From a virus (Duplodnaviria; Caudoviricetes): 29,115 nt of DNA. The stretch is from positions 1 through 29,115 of IMG/VR virus record IMGVR_UViG_3300026270_000021. One strand, 5' to 3'. The notes beneath the pieces are model-generated. The model worked only from the letters and a program-made list of their open reading frames with translations, was not told the origin of the DNA and searched no databases. The position numbers and the translations under genes were made by a program. Shown one piece after another: positions 18,119-25,866 of the stretch; the stretch's first letter is position 1; every line of letters starts with the position of its first letter.

Positions 18119-18143
18119 GAGGACTGAGGTCCTCTCTTTTTTT
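18117..18143 (+). terminator. Rho-independent terminator of the nrd operon
   Basis: GAGAGGAC-TGAG-GTCCTCTC followed by 7 T. Confidence 0.9.
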
Positions 18144-18150
18144 ATAAATA
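18143..18150 (+). promoter_or_regulatory. Late promoter fused to terminator U-tract
   Basis: Exact TATAAATA starting at the last T of the U-tract. Confidence 0.8.
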
Positions 18151-18169
18151 TCTAAAAACAGTATAAGTG

Positions 18170-18529
18170 ATGAAGTCTTATAAGCAATTTGTTGCTGAGT
18201 CAGATCAGGCAATAGATCACCTTCAAGAGGGTTGGGGGTCTGGTCTACGTGCCCTTGGAAGAAGTGTTGGTAGACAGTGGGTCAAGAGACCCGTTGATAT
18301 AGTTACAGGATTCTACGGGGCACAGAGAGCAGTTCAAGCAGCAACAAACCCTAAAGGGTATGATGAACCTGGTGTATATCTTGGAGCTGCTCAAGCAATT
18401 CCAATGGTTGGTCCTGTGGCTACTGGAATAAAACTGGGTGCAATAAGTATCGATGCTGCAAGAAGAATCAAAGCCTATCAAAAATATTTAATGAATAAAA
18501 AGAAGGAAGAAGAAAAAGCAAAAAAATAA
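18170..18529 (+). CDS. Putative internal head protein with capsid-targeting-like N-terminus
   Basis: MKSYKQFVAE resembles T4 internal protein CTS MKTYQEFIAE; late promoter; Gly/Ala-rich hydrophobic middle. Confidence 0.75.
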   Translation: MKSYKQFVAESDQAIDHLQEGWGSGLRALGRSVGRQWVKRPVDIVTGFYGAQRAVQAATNPKGYDEPGVYLGAAQAIPMVGPVATGIKLGAISIDAARRIKAYQKYLMNKKKEEEKAKK

Positions 18530-18558
18530 TTTAAGTAAAAACTACAACGTATCTGAAA

Positions 18559-20511
18559 ATGGCACCTAAATCTGAGGACAAAAAGAACCGCTCACCTAAA
18601 AAATCGGTACAGCGTTCTGCACCGCAACCAAATTGGACGGGTCCTAAAACGACTGAACAAACTCCTCTTAATAAATTTATTCGTCGTCAAGCAGATCAGG
18701 GTAGGTCTGTAAGTCCAGAACTTGGCGATGTTGCTGGTTTCAAAGATGCTGAGCGAAGAGGTGATATTAAACCAGTTAGAGTTGGTCAAGGTTCTAAACC
18801 CTCCAGTTCTAGTAGTTCTGTACAGTCTGTTAGATTGAGAGGAGATCTTGCTGCACAAGGAGTTGATACAACTCCTGAAAGATCCACCAAGACTCCCAGT
18901 AAACTGAGTAATGTCACGCGAGGTGGTCCTGTAAGAACAATTAGATTAGGAGATCCTGGTGCTCCTACTAAAAGGGATGCTAAAATTCTGCAGAGGATGA
19001 CTACTGCTAGTTCAGAGCAGACTAAGGCATTACAGAGAAATTTAGAGAAACCAAAAGCAGTTAAGCAGGCTGAGGTATCTAAGAGGGCAGCAAGATTTAG
19101 ACAATCTTTTGGTACCCCTACTGGTGCAAATCCTCGTACAGGAGCACCTACCTACAAACCACTCAGTGCAATGACTGATCTGCCGAAGGGTAGGGGTGGA
19201 AAAGCACCAAGTCCTAGGCAGTATGGTAATGTAAGGGTCGGCAATCTTCTGGATATACAGCAAGTTGTAGTCAAAGATATAACACCTTCTAGGGGTGCGT
19301 CAAGTTCAACAAAAGCATTACCTCCTGCTAGAACAACATCACCCTCTGTTGCATCAACTAAGACGAAGGTAGAACTTCCAAAATTAAAACTCACAAAAGC
19401 ATCAGCAAAACCAACACAACCAAGAGCACCAAAACCATCTTTTACAGTTCCTGGTACTACAAAGCAAAGAACGTCTCCACAGTTACCATCTTTTGGTAAT
19501 ACCTCTGCACCAAAACCAACTCCATCTAGATCAGTATCAACTACTGCTGGTCAGAATTTAAAATTTGATAAAACAAAAACAGGATCATTCTCATATAAAC
19601 CAACTACTAAAGCACCCACAACCACTGCTGTTCCAACACAACCAGCACCAACTAGAAGATTGGAACCATCAGCAAATCCAACAATTAGAAGAAGATCTGG
19701 AGATGCTGGTCCAAGCAGTAAACTTGATTCTAAACCACCAAACAGATCTGTTACTACTTCAAAACCACCAACTTCTGTAGATCTTGGTCGCCCCAATCAA
19801 TCACGACCTAGACAAGACTCGGTATCATATCGTCCAAGTACTAAAACAGATAAACCTCCATCTACTAAGGCTGGTCCTCTCAGTATGGCTGGTGATGCTT
19901 TATATGGTGGATTTGTTGGTTATGACGCATACCAGAAAGCAAAAGAAAGAGGACAATCTGATGCCTATGCATTCAAACAGGCAGCAGCACAAGGTGGTAC
20001 TACAGCAGTTGCTTCTGCTTTAGGTGGTGCTGCTGGTAGAAGGATTGGTGCCAGATTCCCAGGATTGACAAAGGCACTTGCGATTCCTGTTGGTGATTTT
20101 CTTGGTAGTGCTGCTGGTGGATATCTTGCACAAAAGGGTAGTCCAGGAATAATGGGTGCAAGCGAATCGGATAAGAAGTGGATGCAATGGGCAAACCGTA
20201 GTGTTCAACAAGGAACTGCTGCCAAGAATGCTACCTCAAAAGTTGGAACCAGGGCAGTTGTTCGTGATGCTCAAGGTAAAGAACGGGTTGGATACCTTGC
20301 CTATAAGGATGGCAAACCGGTTTATAAGCATGGTAATGATCCTTCCTCACTTCAATATACTTCTAGTAATCCACTTGAAAGAGTTGGTAGAACTATTGGT
20401 AGTAGCGATATTCCTTTTGTGTCCAATGTTCTCAAGGGGTACTACTCCAGAAAAGATGATCAAACTAGGAGAGCAAACGTTGCTACTCAAAGATCTAGAG
20501 CAGGTAACTAA
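18559..20511 (+). CDS. 650-aa basic Pro/Ser/Thr-rich disordered protein with Gly-zipper-like segment and C-terminal domain
   Basis: Long uninterrupted ORF; about 430 aa low complexity, then GGTTAVASALGGAAG...GDFLGSAAGGYLA. Confidence 0.85.
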   Translation: MAPKSEDKKNRSPKKSVQRSAPQPNWTGPKTTEQTPLNKFIRRQADQGRSVSPELGDVAGFKDAERRGDIKPVRVGQGSKPSSSSSSVQSVRLRGDLAAQGVDTTPERSTKTPSKLSNVTRGGPVRTIRLGDPGAPTKRDAKILQRMTTASSEQTKALQRNLEKPKAVKQAEVSKRAARFRQSFGTPTGANPRTGAPTYKPLSAMTDLPKGRGGKAPSPRQYGNVRVGNLLDIQQVVVKDITPSRGASSSTKALPPARTTSPSVASTKTKVELPKLKLTKASAKPTQPRAPKPSFTVPGTTKQRTSPQLPSFGNTSAPKPTPSRSVSTTAGQNLKFDKTKTGSFSYKPTTKAPTTTAVPTQPAPTRRLEPSANPTIRRRSGDAGPSSKLDSKPPNRSVTTSKPPTSVDLGRPNQSRPRQDSVSYRPSTKTDKPPSTKAGPLSMAGDALYGGFVGYDAYQKAKERGQSDAYAFKQAAAQGGTTAVASALGGAAGRRIGARFPGLTKALAIPVGDFLGSAAGGYLAQKGSPGIMGASESDKKWMQWANRSVQQGTAAKNATSKVGTRAVVRDAQGKERVGYLAYKDGKPVYKHGNDPSSLQYTSSNPLERVGRTIGSSDIPFVSNVLKGYYSRKDDQTRRANVATQRSRAGN

Positions 20512-20517
20512 TAAATA
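20511..20517 (+). promoter_or_regulatory. Late promoter
   Basis: ATAAATA 23 nt before ATG 20541; AGGA SD between them. Confidence 0.65.
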
Positions 20518-20540
20518 CTAAGATAGGAAACTAAATTACA

Positions 20541-21515
20541 ATGTATAATCTCTCGGAAAAAAATCACATATTTTTGCATGTAACTTATTCTATGCTTGAA
20601 GAGGGATATGATATAGATGAGATTCTTGGGATGTGGGTATTAGCAGATGAAGAAAAAATAGGTGAACTCATGGAGTCACTTACTTTGACTGAGGAGATTG
20701 ATATGACCAATCAAGATCTTCAAGATATCTCTAGATATTATTTTTATGAAGGTAGAACCCCCAGATTTGATTGGAGTTGGTTAGGTAGATTATTTGGTAG
20801 GAAGATCAAACCACCTAGTGTAAAACCGCCTGTAAAACCGCCTGTAGTAAAACCTAATCCAACAAAACCACCAACTACTTCTGGAGGTAGACCTATAACT
20901 CAAGGTGGTGGATCTAGCACTAGAACGCAATCACCAAAGGTTACTAAAAATACTACTGGAACATTAAAGGATAAACTTAAGAAAAATGCGCCAATTATAG
21001 GTGGTGCCGCAGTTGTTGGTGGTGGACTTATGATAGGTGGTAGTGATCTTCTTCCACCAGAACCTGGTGATGGTAATTCTGCACCAAGATCAGATTCATC
21101 TAATACTGATCAAGACGATGAAGATAAAGCAGCAGCAGATAAAGCAGCAGCAGAAGAAGAAGCAAGAAGAAGGGCAGAAGCAGAAGAAGAAGCAAGAAGA
21201 AGGGCAGAAGCAGATGCTAGATCATCACCAACAAAATCTTATGGTTGGTGGAAATTAAAAAATCAACCAAAAGATCTTTATAAGAACAGTCCTGGATATA
21301 GGGTAAGTCGTGACGCATATAGGAATATTAGAGCAAATCCAGTACCCTCAATGTACGATCACTATGAAGTGATCGCAGACTATCTAATCAACGAAGGACA
21401 CGCTTCTGATATTGAAGAAGCAGATTATGTAATGAGGCAACTGGATGAGGAGTTCATCCAAAGCATTGTTGAATCTTCTTGTGGATCACATAAGAAGAAA
21501 AAGAGGAAAAAGTAA
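20541..21515 (+). CDS. Hypothetical late protein with acidic terminal modules, central hydrophobic segment and basic tail
   Basis: MLEEGYDIDE (N-term) and YLINEGHASDIEEADYVM (C-term); IIGGAAVVGGGLMIGG; ends SHKKKKRKK. Confidence 0.85.
   Translation: MYNLSEKNHIFLHVTYSMLEEGYDIDEILGMWVLADEEKIGELMESLTLTEEIDMTNQDLQDISRYYFYEGRTPRFDWSWLGRLFGRKIKPPSVKPPVKPPVVKPNPTKPPTTSGGRPITQGGGSSTRTQSPKVTKNTTGTLKDKLKKNAPIIGGAAVVGGGLMIGGSDLLPPEPGDGNSAPRSDSSNTDQDDEDKAAADKAAAEEEARRRAEAEEEARRRAEADARSSPTKSYGWWKLKNQPKDLYKNSPGYRVSRDAYRNIRANPVPSMYDHYEVIADYLINEGHASDIEEADYVMRQLDEEFIQSIVESSCGSHKKKKRKK
21124..21214 (+). repeat. In-frame tandem repeats (DKAAA x2; AEEEARRRAE x2)
   Basis: GATAAAGCAGCAGCA twice, then GCAGAAGAAGAAGCAAGAAGAAGGGCAGAA twice. 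Confidence 0.85.
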
Positions 21516-21860
21516 TTATCTAGTAACTGCTCTCTTCACTAGAATGGTTCCTTCAACTGCTCTAGTGATAGTTCCTGCTGGATCACTTATTAAGAGATCG
21601 AAGAAATATTTTCCTGGTTTAATATTGGAGGTTGTTGATGCCCCCAAAGATATTGTAATTCTTCCAGTTGTTCTATCGTTGGCAAAAGCAACTAAGAAGT
21701 CTGCTGTTTTTGAGGAAGACTCATATCTTCTCATTTGAGCACAAGCTGTGTATCCAGTTAAATCTTTAATGGAATTGGATTGAGTATCTTCTAGAACAAA
21801 TGTTTGATCGAAATCTGTTCCGGTATATACTAAAAGATTAACAACAAATGTTTGTGACAT
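21516..21860 (-). CDS. Ig-like virion structural domain protein (BppU-N-like), paralog 3
   Basis: GTDFDQTF...DLTGYTACAQMRR...GRITISL...IKPGKYFFDLLI...AVEGTILV. Confidence 0.85.
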   Translation of the reverse strand: MSQTFVVNLLVYTGTDFDQTFVLEDTQSNSIKDLTGYTACAQMRRYESSSKTADFLVAFANDRTTGRITISLGASTTSNIKPGKYFFDLLISDPAGTITRAVEGTILVKRAVTR

Positions 21861-21863
21861 TTT

Positions 21864-22208
21864 TTATGGGCAATTGAATGAGAAACCTGCATTAACAGTT
21901 ACAGTCCCTTCCAGGACAATTACTTTAGTACCACCGGGTCTGGTTACCCTAACATCATATACATATTTTCCAGGTTTTAGTGTTGATGTTACCGGTGCTG
22001 ACATACCTATACTTATCTTACCAGCAGCAGCACTAGTTATTCCAACATTAAAAGCGGTAAATGATGTGCTATCGGCATACCTTCTCATATGAGAATCTAC
22101 AGTATGACCAGTAAGATCTGTAGGTTTGCCTGCCAACTGAGTCAACTCAAAATTTTCCTCAAAATTGGAACGAGAGTTGATTTCCAAATTTTTAGTATAA
22201 ATTGACAT
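21864..22208 (-). CDS. Ig-like virion structural domain protein, paralog 2
   Basis: DLTGHTVDSHMRR...GKISIGM...LKPGKYVYDVRV...VLEGTVTV. Confidence 0.85.
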   Translation of the reverse strand: MSIYTKNLEINSRSNFEENFELTQLAGKPTDLTGHTVDSHMRRYADSTSFTAFNVGITSAAAGKISIGMSAPVTSTLKPGKYVYDVRVTRPGGTKVIVLEGTVTVNAGFSFNCP

Positions 22209-22226
22209 CAGGTTATCAGTTTAAAG

Positions 22227-22233
22227 TATTTAT
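22227..22233 (-). promoter_or_regulatory. Late promoter (minus strand)
   Basis: TATTTAT on plus strand = ATAAATA on minus, 18 nt before start 22208. Confidence 0.65.
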
Positions 22234-22235
22234 TG

Positions 22236-24308
22236 CTATGTGAATGTAATAGTACCGTTTATAAGATCTATATCACCCACTGCAATGCGTGTTCCTGGAT
22301 CTTTTAATCCACTTGTCTGTCCGACAGTACCTGTTGCAATTCCAATAACAGAAGAACTTGTAGGATTGGCATTTATCCAAGTTCCACCAACTTTTTTCAT
22401 TGTTCCACCCTTGAATCCAGTAACGGATACGCTGACTTCTGCAAATGGGTGAGGTGGTGTTTGACTATTTAAGAAACCAGCACTAAAATCTAAAGAAACT
22501 TGTTGTATGCCACTATTAGAAGATTCTAAATTAGTTACATCTAATAATGAAAAATCATTAATAGGATCAAATCCAGGAGTTAATCTTTTTGGATTAGATG
22601 TTCCTGCATATGAATATAAATGAACATCTTCTCCAAGACCATTATCACCACTACCTATGATAAATTTGTTGGAAGTTTTATCTACTGATAGATTTTGACC
22701 ATAGTAACTCCTACCAGCGTCATATGCTGGTGGTTCTATTCTAACATTATTTGATCCATCAATATCCCAACGATAAGCTGCTCCTCCAGCAGTGGTACTA
22801 TCATATAGTTGTGCTCCATACCATACATAATCTTCTGATGCAATTAATTGTTTATCATTTCCATTCCAACTAAGTTCAAATACGAAATCTAATGTATCAT
22901 CCTTGACTATATCAATTCGATTTGTTCCATCCAGATCATATCTATAAATTTTTCCAACATAAACTCCATTTGCGTCTTCCCATTCAGGATCAGCAACAAA
23001 TATTTTATTTCCTCCAATAGCAACTGCATCTCCATAAGTTCCACTAGCACCTGAAGTTGGATCAGATAGTCTTATTTCTCCAGTCCCATCTTGATCGAAG
23101 ATATATGCATATTCATAAGCACCAACTACAAATTTACCATTACCTGCAGCAATAGGAAACTCACCAAAACCGCCATAGGGTGGTGTGTTCAATAAACCGT
23201 CTTGTACAATTTTTATTTCACCTGTTCCATCTAAGTTATGGATGTATACGTTGTTATTGTAATCACTAGTAAAAATCTTTCCATTATCAGCAGCCATAGC
23301 ATTAGGCCAATAGTCATCGACGTTTGGAGCTGATAGTGTAATTCTACGTTCAAAGTTTCCGTCCATATCAAACACATATACAGCACCTTGATCTACATGA
23401 GTGCCGGTATAATAATTATCTCCTATTATGATTTTATTACTATCAATCTCAACAGTTGCTCCAAACTCTTCGTTACTAACACCATCAGGGGCATTGATTT
23501 GAGTCAATAAGTTTCCATTTAAATCATAAAGGTATGCTGCACCTATATAAGTTCCTGCTATTCCAGTAATCGAGGCGTCATAATCCGTGTAATACTTATT
23601 ACCAACAACTATTCTATCATTACCAATAGCACTTGGTCCGAATCCGCCTTCTGAGTTTGTTGACGCATACCATCCACCACCATAAGTTAGATATGTTGGA
23701 ATACCAACGTGTGCTGGAACCTCTGCAGTAGAACTATTGTATGAAGGTGTGTATGGGTTGGTGTATCCATATCCAACTGTACTGAATCCAGTATAACCAG
23801 ATGCTGATTGTGGATCTGGACTTGTGACTGTTGTTCTTGTGCTTATGAGATTGCCTTTTGATGTTGTAATTCCTGTTGCTGTATATGTTAACAGGTAATT
23901 ATCATAAGTATAGGACAATGCACCACCTGATCCACCACCACCTGATCCACCACCACCTGATCCAAATCCGTCAATAGTAACATCTTGAGTAGCTAAAACA
24001 TTTCCTTCTATAACAATTGATTTTTTATCAGTTGGATCAGTGAAAAGAATATCATAAACATATCTTCCAGGTTTTATTGTTGCTGTTGTTGATGATGATA
24101 AAGTTAATCTAATTCTACCATTAACTCTGTCTACAAACGAAAGTAAAAATGTTGCTGTTGGATTTAAACTTTCTTGGTGTTTTCTTATCTGCGATGATCC
24201 AGAGTATCCAGTCAGATCCAATGGAGATCCATCAAGATTATCTAGATAAAAATCTCTGGAGAAATACTCCCCAGTTCTGATAGTAATATTATTGACGTAG
24301 ACTGCCAT
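22236..24308 (-). CDS. Virion/tail-associated protein: N-terminal Ig-like domain, Gly-Ser linker, FG-GAP-like beta-propeller
   Basis: First ~110 aa paralogous to the two downstream genes; repeats of FG..V.I...kivVG...GAvY.yDldG. Confidence 0.85.
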   Translation of the reverse strand: MAVYVNNITIRTGEYFSRDFYLDNLDGSPLDLTGYSGSSQIRKHQESLNPTATFLLSFVDRVNGRIRLTLSSSTTATIKPGRYVYDILFTDPTDKKSIVIEGNVLATQDVTIDGFGSGGGGSGGGGSGGALSYTYDNYLLTYTATGITTSKGNLISTRTTVTSPDPQSASGYTGFSTVGYGYTNPYTPSYNSSTAEVPAHVGIPTYLTYGGGWYASTNSEGGFGPSAIGNDRIVVGNKYYTDYDASITGIAGTYIGAAYLYDLNGNLLTQINAPDGVSNEEFGATVEIDSNKIIIGDNYYTGTHVDQGAVYVFDMDGNFERRITLSAPNVDDYWPNAMAADNGKIFTSDYNNNVYIHNLDGTGEIKIVQDGLLNTPPYGGFGEFPIAAGNGKFVVGAYEYAYIFDQDGTGEIRLSDPTSGASGTYGDAVAIGGNKIFVADPEWEDANGVYVGKIYRYDLDGTNRIDIVKDDTLDFVFELSWNGNDKQLIASEDYVWYGAQLYDSTTAGGAAYRWDIDGSNNVRIEPPAYDAGRSYYGQNLSVDKTSNKFIIGSGDNGLGEDVHLYSYAGTSNPKRLTPGFDPINDFSLLDVTNLESSNSGIQQVSLDFSAGFLNSQTPPHPFAEVSVSVTGFKGGTMKKVGGTWINANPTSSSVIGIATGTVGQTSGLKDPGTRIAVGDIDLINGTITFT
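23921..23964. repeat. Perfect 15-bp tandem repeat (about 3 copies) encoding a GGGGS linker
   Basis: CACCACCTGATCCAC x2 plus CACCACCTGATCCA. Confidence 0.9.
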
Positions 24309-24327
24309 ATTATATGACTTTATTGAG

Positions 24328-24334
24328 TATTTAT
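24328..24334 (-). promoter_or_regulatory. Late promoter for the inverted structural cassette
   Basis: ATAAATA on minus strand 19 nt before start 24308. Confidence 0.7.
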
Positions 24335-24341
24335 CAAGGGC

Positions 24342-24370
24342 TTGACAACAGTCGATTCCATGAGTAGAGT
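24342..24370 (+). promoter_or_regulatory. Sigma70-type promoter
   Basis: TTGACA (24342-24347), 17 bp spacer, TAGAGT (24365-24370). Confidence 0.6.
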
Positions 24371-24389
24371 TGGTTTGTTAGGTTTGAAG

Positions 24390-24427
24390 ATAAATATAGC
24401 TCATATAATAACATAGTATGAGTTATA
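24390..24427 (+). promoter_or_regulatory. Late promoter overlapping a hairpin over the translation initiation region
   Basis: ATAAATA 24390-24396; stem TATAGCTCATA (24395-24405) / TATGAGTTATA (24417-24427); ATG at 24429. Confidence 0.6.
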
Positions 24428-24428
24428 G

Positions 24429-24878
24429 ATGAATTATGAAAATCCTTGGATATACTTGGAACGAACTTTTGATACTGATGATGTTGGGGACTACTTTGGT
24501 TTTGTTTATCTCATTACCAATAAGTCAAACCAACGACAGTACATTGGGAGAAAGTATTTTTGGTCATTCAGAACACCAAAGGGGAAGAAACGAAAAGTAA
24601 AACAAGAATCTGATTGGAAAAAATATTATGGTTCTTGTCCAGAATTAAAAGAAGATGTAAAGAAATACGGCAAAGAGTTCTTCAGTAGAGAAATATTGAG
24701 TCTACATAAAACTAAGGGTAACTGCAATTTTGAAGAAACGAAACAATTGTTTCTCAATAATGTATTATCCGAATCACTTGACGACGGGTCGCCTGCATAT
24801 TATAATAGTAATATTCTAGGACGCTATATGCGAAAAGACTATGGTAACTTTAGAATCAACACTGAAGAAGATTCATGA
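24429..24878 (+). CDS. GIY-YIG family endonuclease (EndoII/Seg-like, catalytic domain only)
   Basis: GFVYLITN...QYIGRK, YYGS, conserved E (FEETKQLF) and YNxN. Confidence 0.85.
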   Translation: MNYENPWIYLERTFDTDDVGDYFGFVYLITNKSNQRQYIGRKYFWSFRTPKGKKRKVKQESDWKKYYGSCPELKEDVKKYGKEFFSREILSLHKTKGNCNFEETKQLFLNNVLSESLDDGSPAYYNSNILGRYMRKDYGNFRINTEEDS

Positions 24879-25053
24879 TTGGTCCATAGATCGTATTCAC
24901 CATTTGTCTGAAAATCATACTGAATCACTTAATAGTTTAGATGATGCATACGCTATCCAAAAAGAATTTTCTGAATGGTTAAATCCCAACGATACGGAAC
25001 ATGATGTAATTTCGCTTGAATACATAGGAGATGAAGATGGAAGAATCATCTAA
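24841..25053 (+). CDS. Small hypothetical protein
   Basis: 70 aa, HDWSIDRIH...DAYAIQKEFSEW. Confidence 0.7.
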   Translation: MVTLESTLKKIHDWSIDRIHHLSENHTESLNSLDDAYAIQKEFSEWLNPNDTEHDVISLEYIGDEDGRII

Positions 25054-25153
25054 AGTCTTTAAAGCAAAGATATTGAATAGAATCAAATATCTTACAAACC
25101 ACGGAAAACATCTTGAAGCATCTGCTCTTTATAAAAAATACTTTGAACCATGA
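25037..25153 (+). CDS. Small hypothetical protein (38 aa), not in ORF track
   Basis: AGGAG SD at 25026-25030; MEESSKVFKAKILNRIKYLTNHGKHLEASALYKKYFEP*; ATGA overlap with next gene. Confidence 0.65.
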   Translation: MEESSKVFKAKILNRIKYLTNHGKHLEASALYKKYFEP

Positions 25154-25866
25154 AAAAAATTATTGCCTCATTAATTGCTGCAGCAACGGTTGCTTTCCCT
25201 TCTACGATGGAAGCACATCATCATCATAATGACTCTATGATCGCACATCATCATGATGACTCTAAGATCACCAAGGGTTACAATACTATGGATGCTATGG
25301 GGTGTATGCTACTTCGCGAGTGTACCAAAGATGTCCACGCAATCGAAAGTATCGCTACTATTGCTGACGAGTATCCCGATATTAATTACGATATCGTTGC
25401 TGACGAGTTTCACTCAATGCTCCTTGCTCTTCAGCAGGTCGGAGTGGGGGTGTTTCTAGCAGATCAAAGATACTTCCCCAAAGGTCATCGTGGTGTCTAT
25501 CATACTGTTGGTAATAACTTCTTTCTGAATAAGGAATATATGGGTAGTACTGCATACCTGATGCAGGTAATGAGACACGAGGGATGGCATGCTGCTCAAG
25601 ACTGTATGGCAGGTTCAATTGAAAATAGTTTGATTGCTATTATCAAACCTGAAGATGAAGTGCCTATGATCTGGCGTGTGATGGCAGAACGTACTTATCC
25701 AGAGTCTGCTGTGCCGTGGGAAGCAGAAGCAGGTTGGGCAGGTCGCACTGAGAAGATGACTATGGAAGCACTACAATCCTGTGCTCGTGGTACAATGTGG
25801 ACTGATTATGAACCCACTCCTATGACCCGTGAATGGTTAGTTGAAAATGGTTACCTTACTAAATAA
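25150..25866 (+). CDS. Secreted zincin-like metallopeptidase (HEXXH)
   Basis: Signal peptide MKKIIASLIAAATVAFPSTMEA; GVY strand; VMRHEGWHAAQDC; downstream WEAEA. Confidence 0.8.
   Translation: MKKIIASLIAAATVAFPSTMEAHHHHNDSMIAHHHDDSKITKGYNTMDAMGCMLLRECTKDVHAIESIATIADEYPDINYDIVADEFHSMLLALQQVGVGVFLADQRYFPKGHRGVYHTVGNNFFLNKEYMGSTAYLMQVMRHEGWHAAQDCMAGSIENSLIAIIKPEDEVPMIWRVMAERTYPESAVPWEAEAGWAGRTEKMTMEALQSCARGTMWTDYEPTPMTREWLVENGYLTK

Noticed and set aside
18518-18558. -1 frameshift at GCA AAA AAA TAA fusing the CTS-bearing ORF to the 650-aa ORF
   Set aside because: The -1 frame hits TAA at 18532-18534 before reaching 18559
21124-21214. Possible CRISPR-like or non-coding repeat array
   Set aside because: Repeats are adjacent, in frame and lack spacers; they encode a helical linker
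23921-23964. Synthetic construct contamination suggested by the G4S linker
   Set aside because: Embedded in frame in a native-looking gene with AT-ending Gly/Ser codons and no vector or tag sequence nearby
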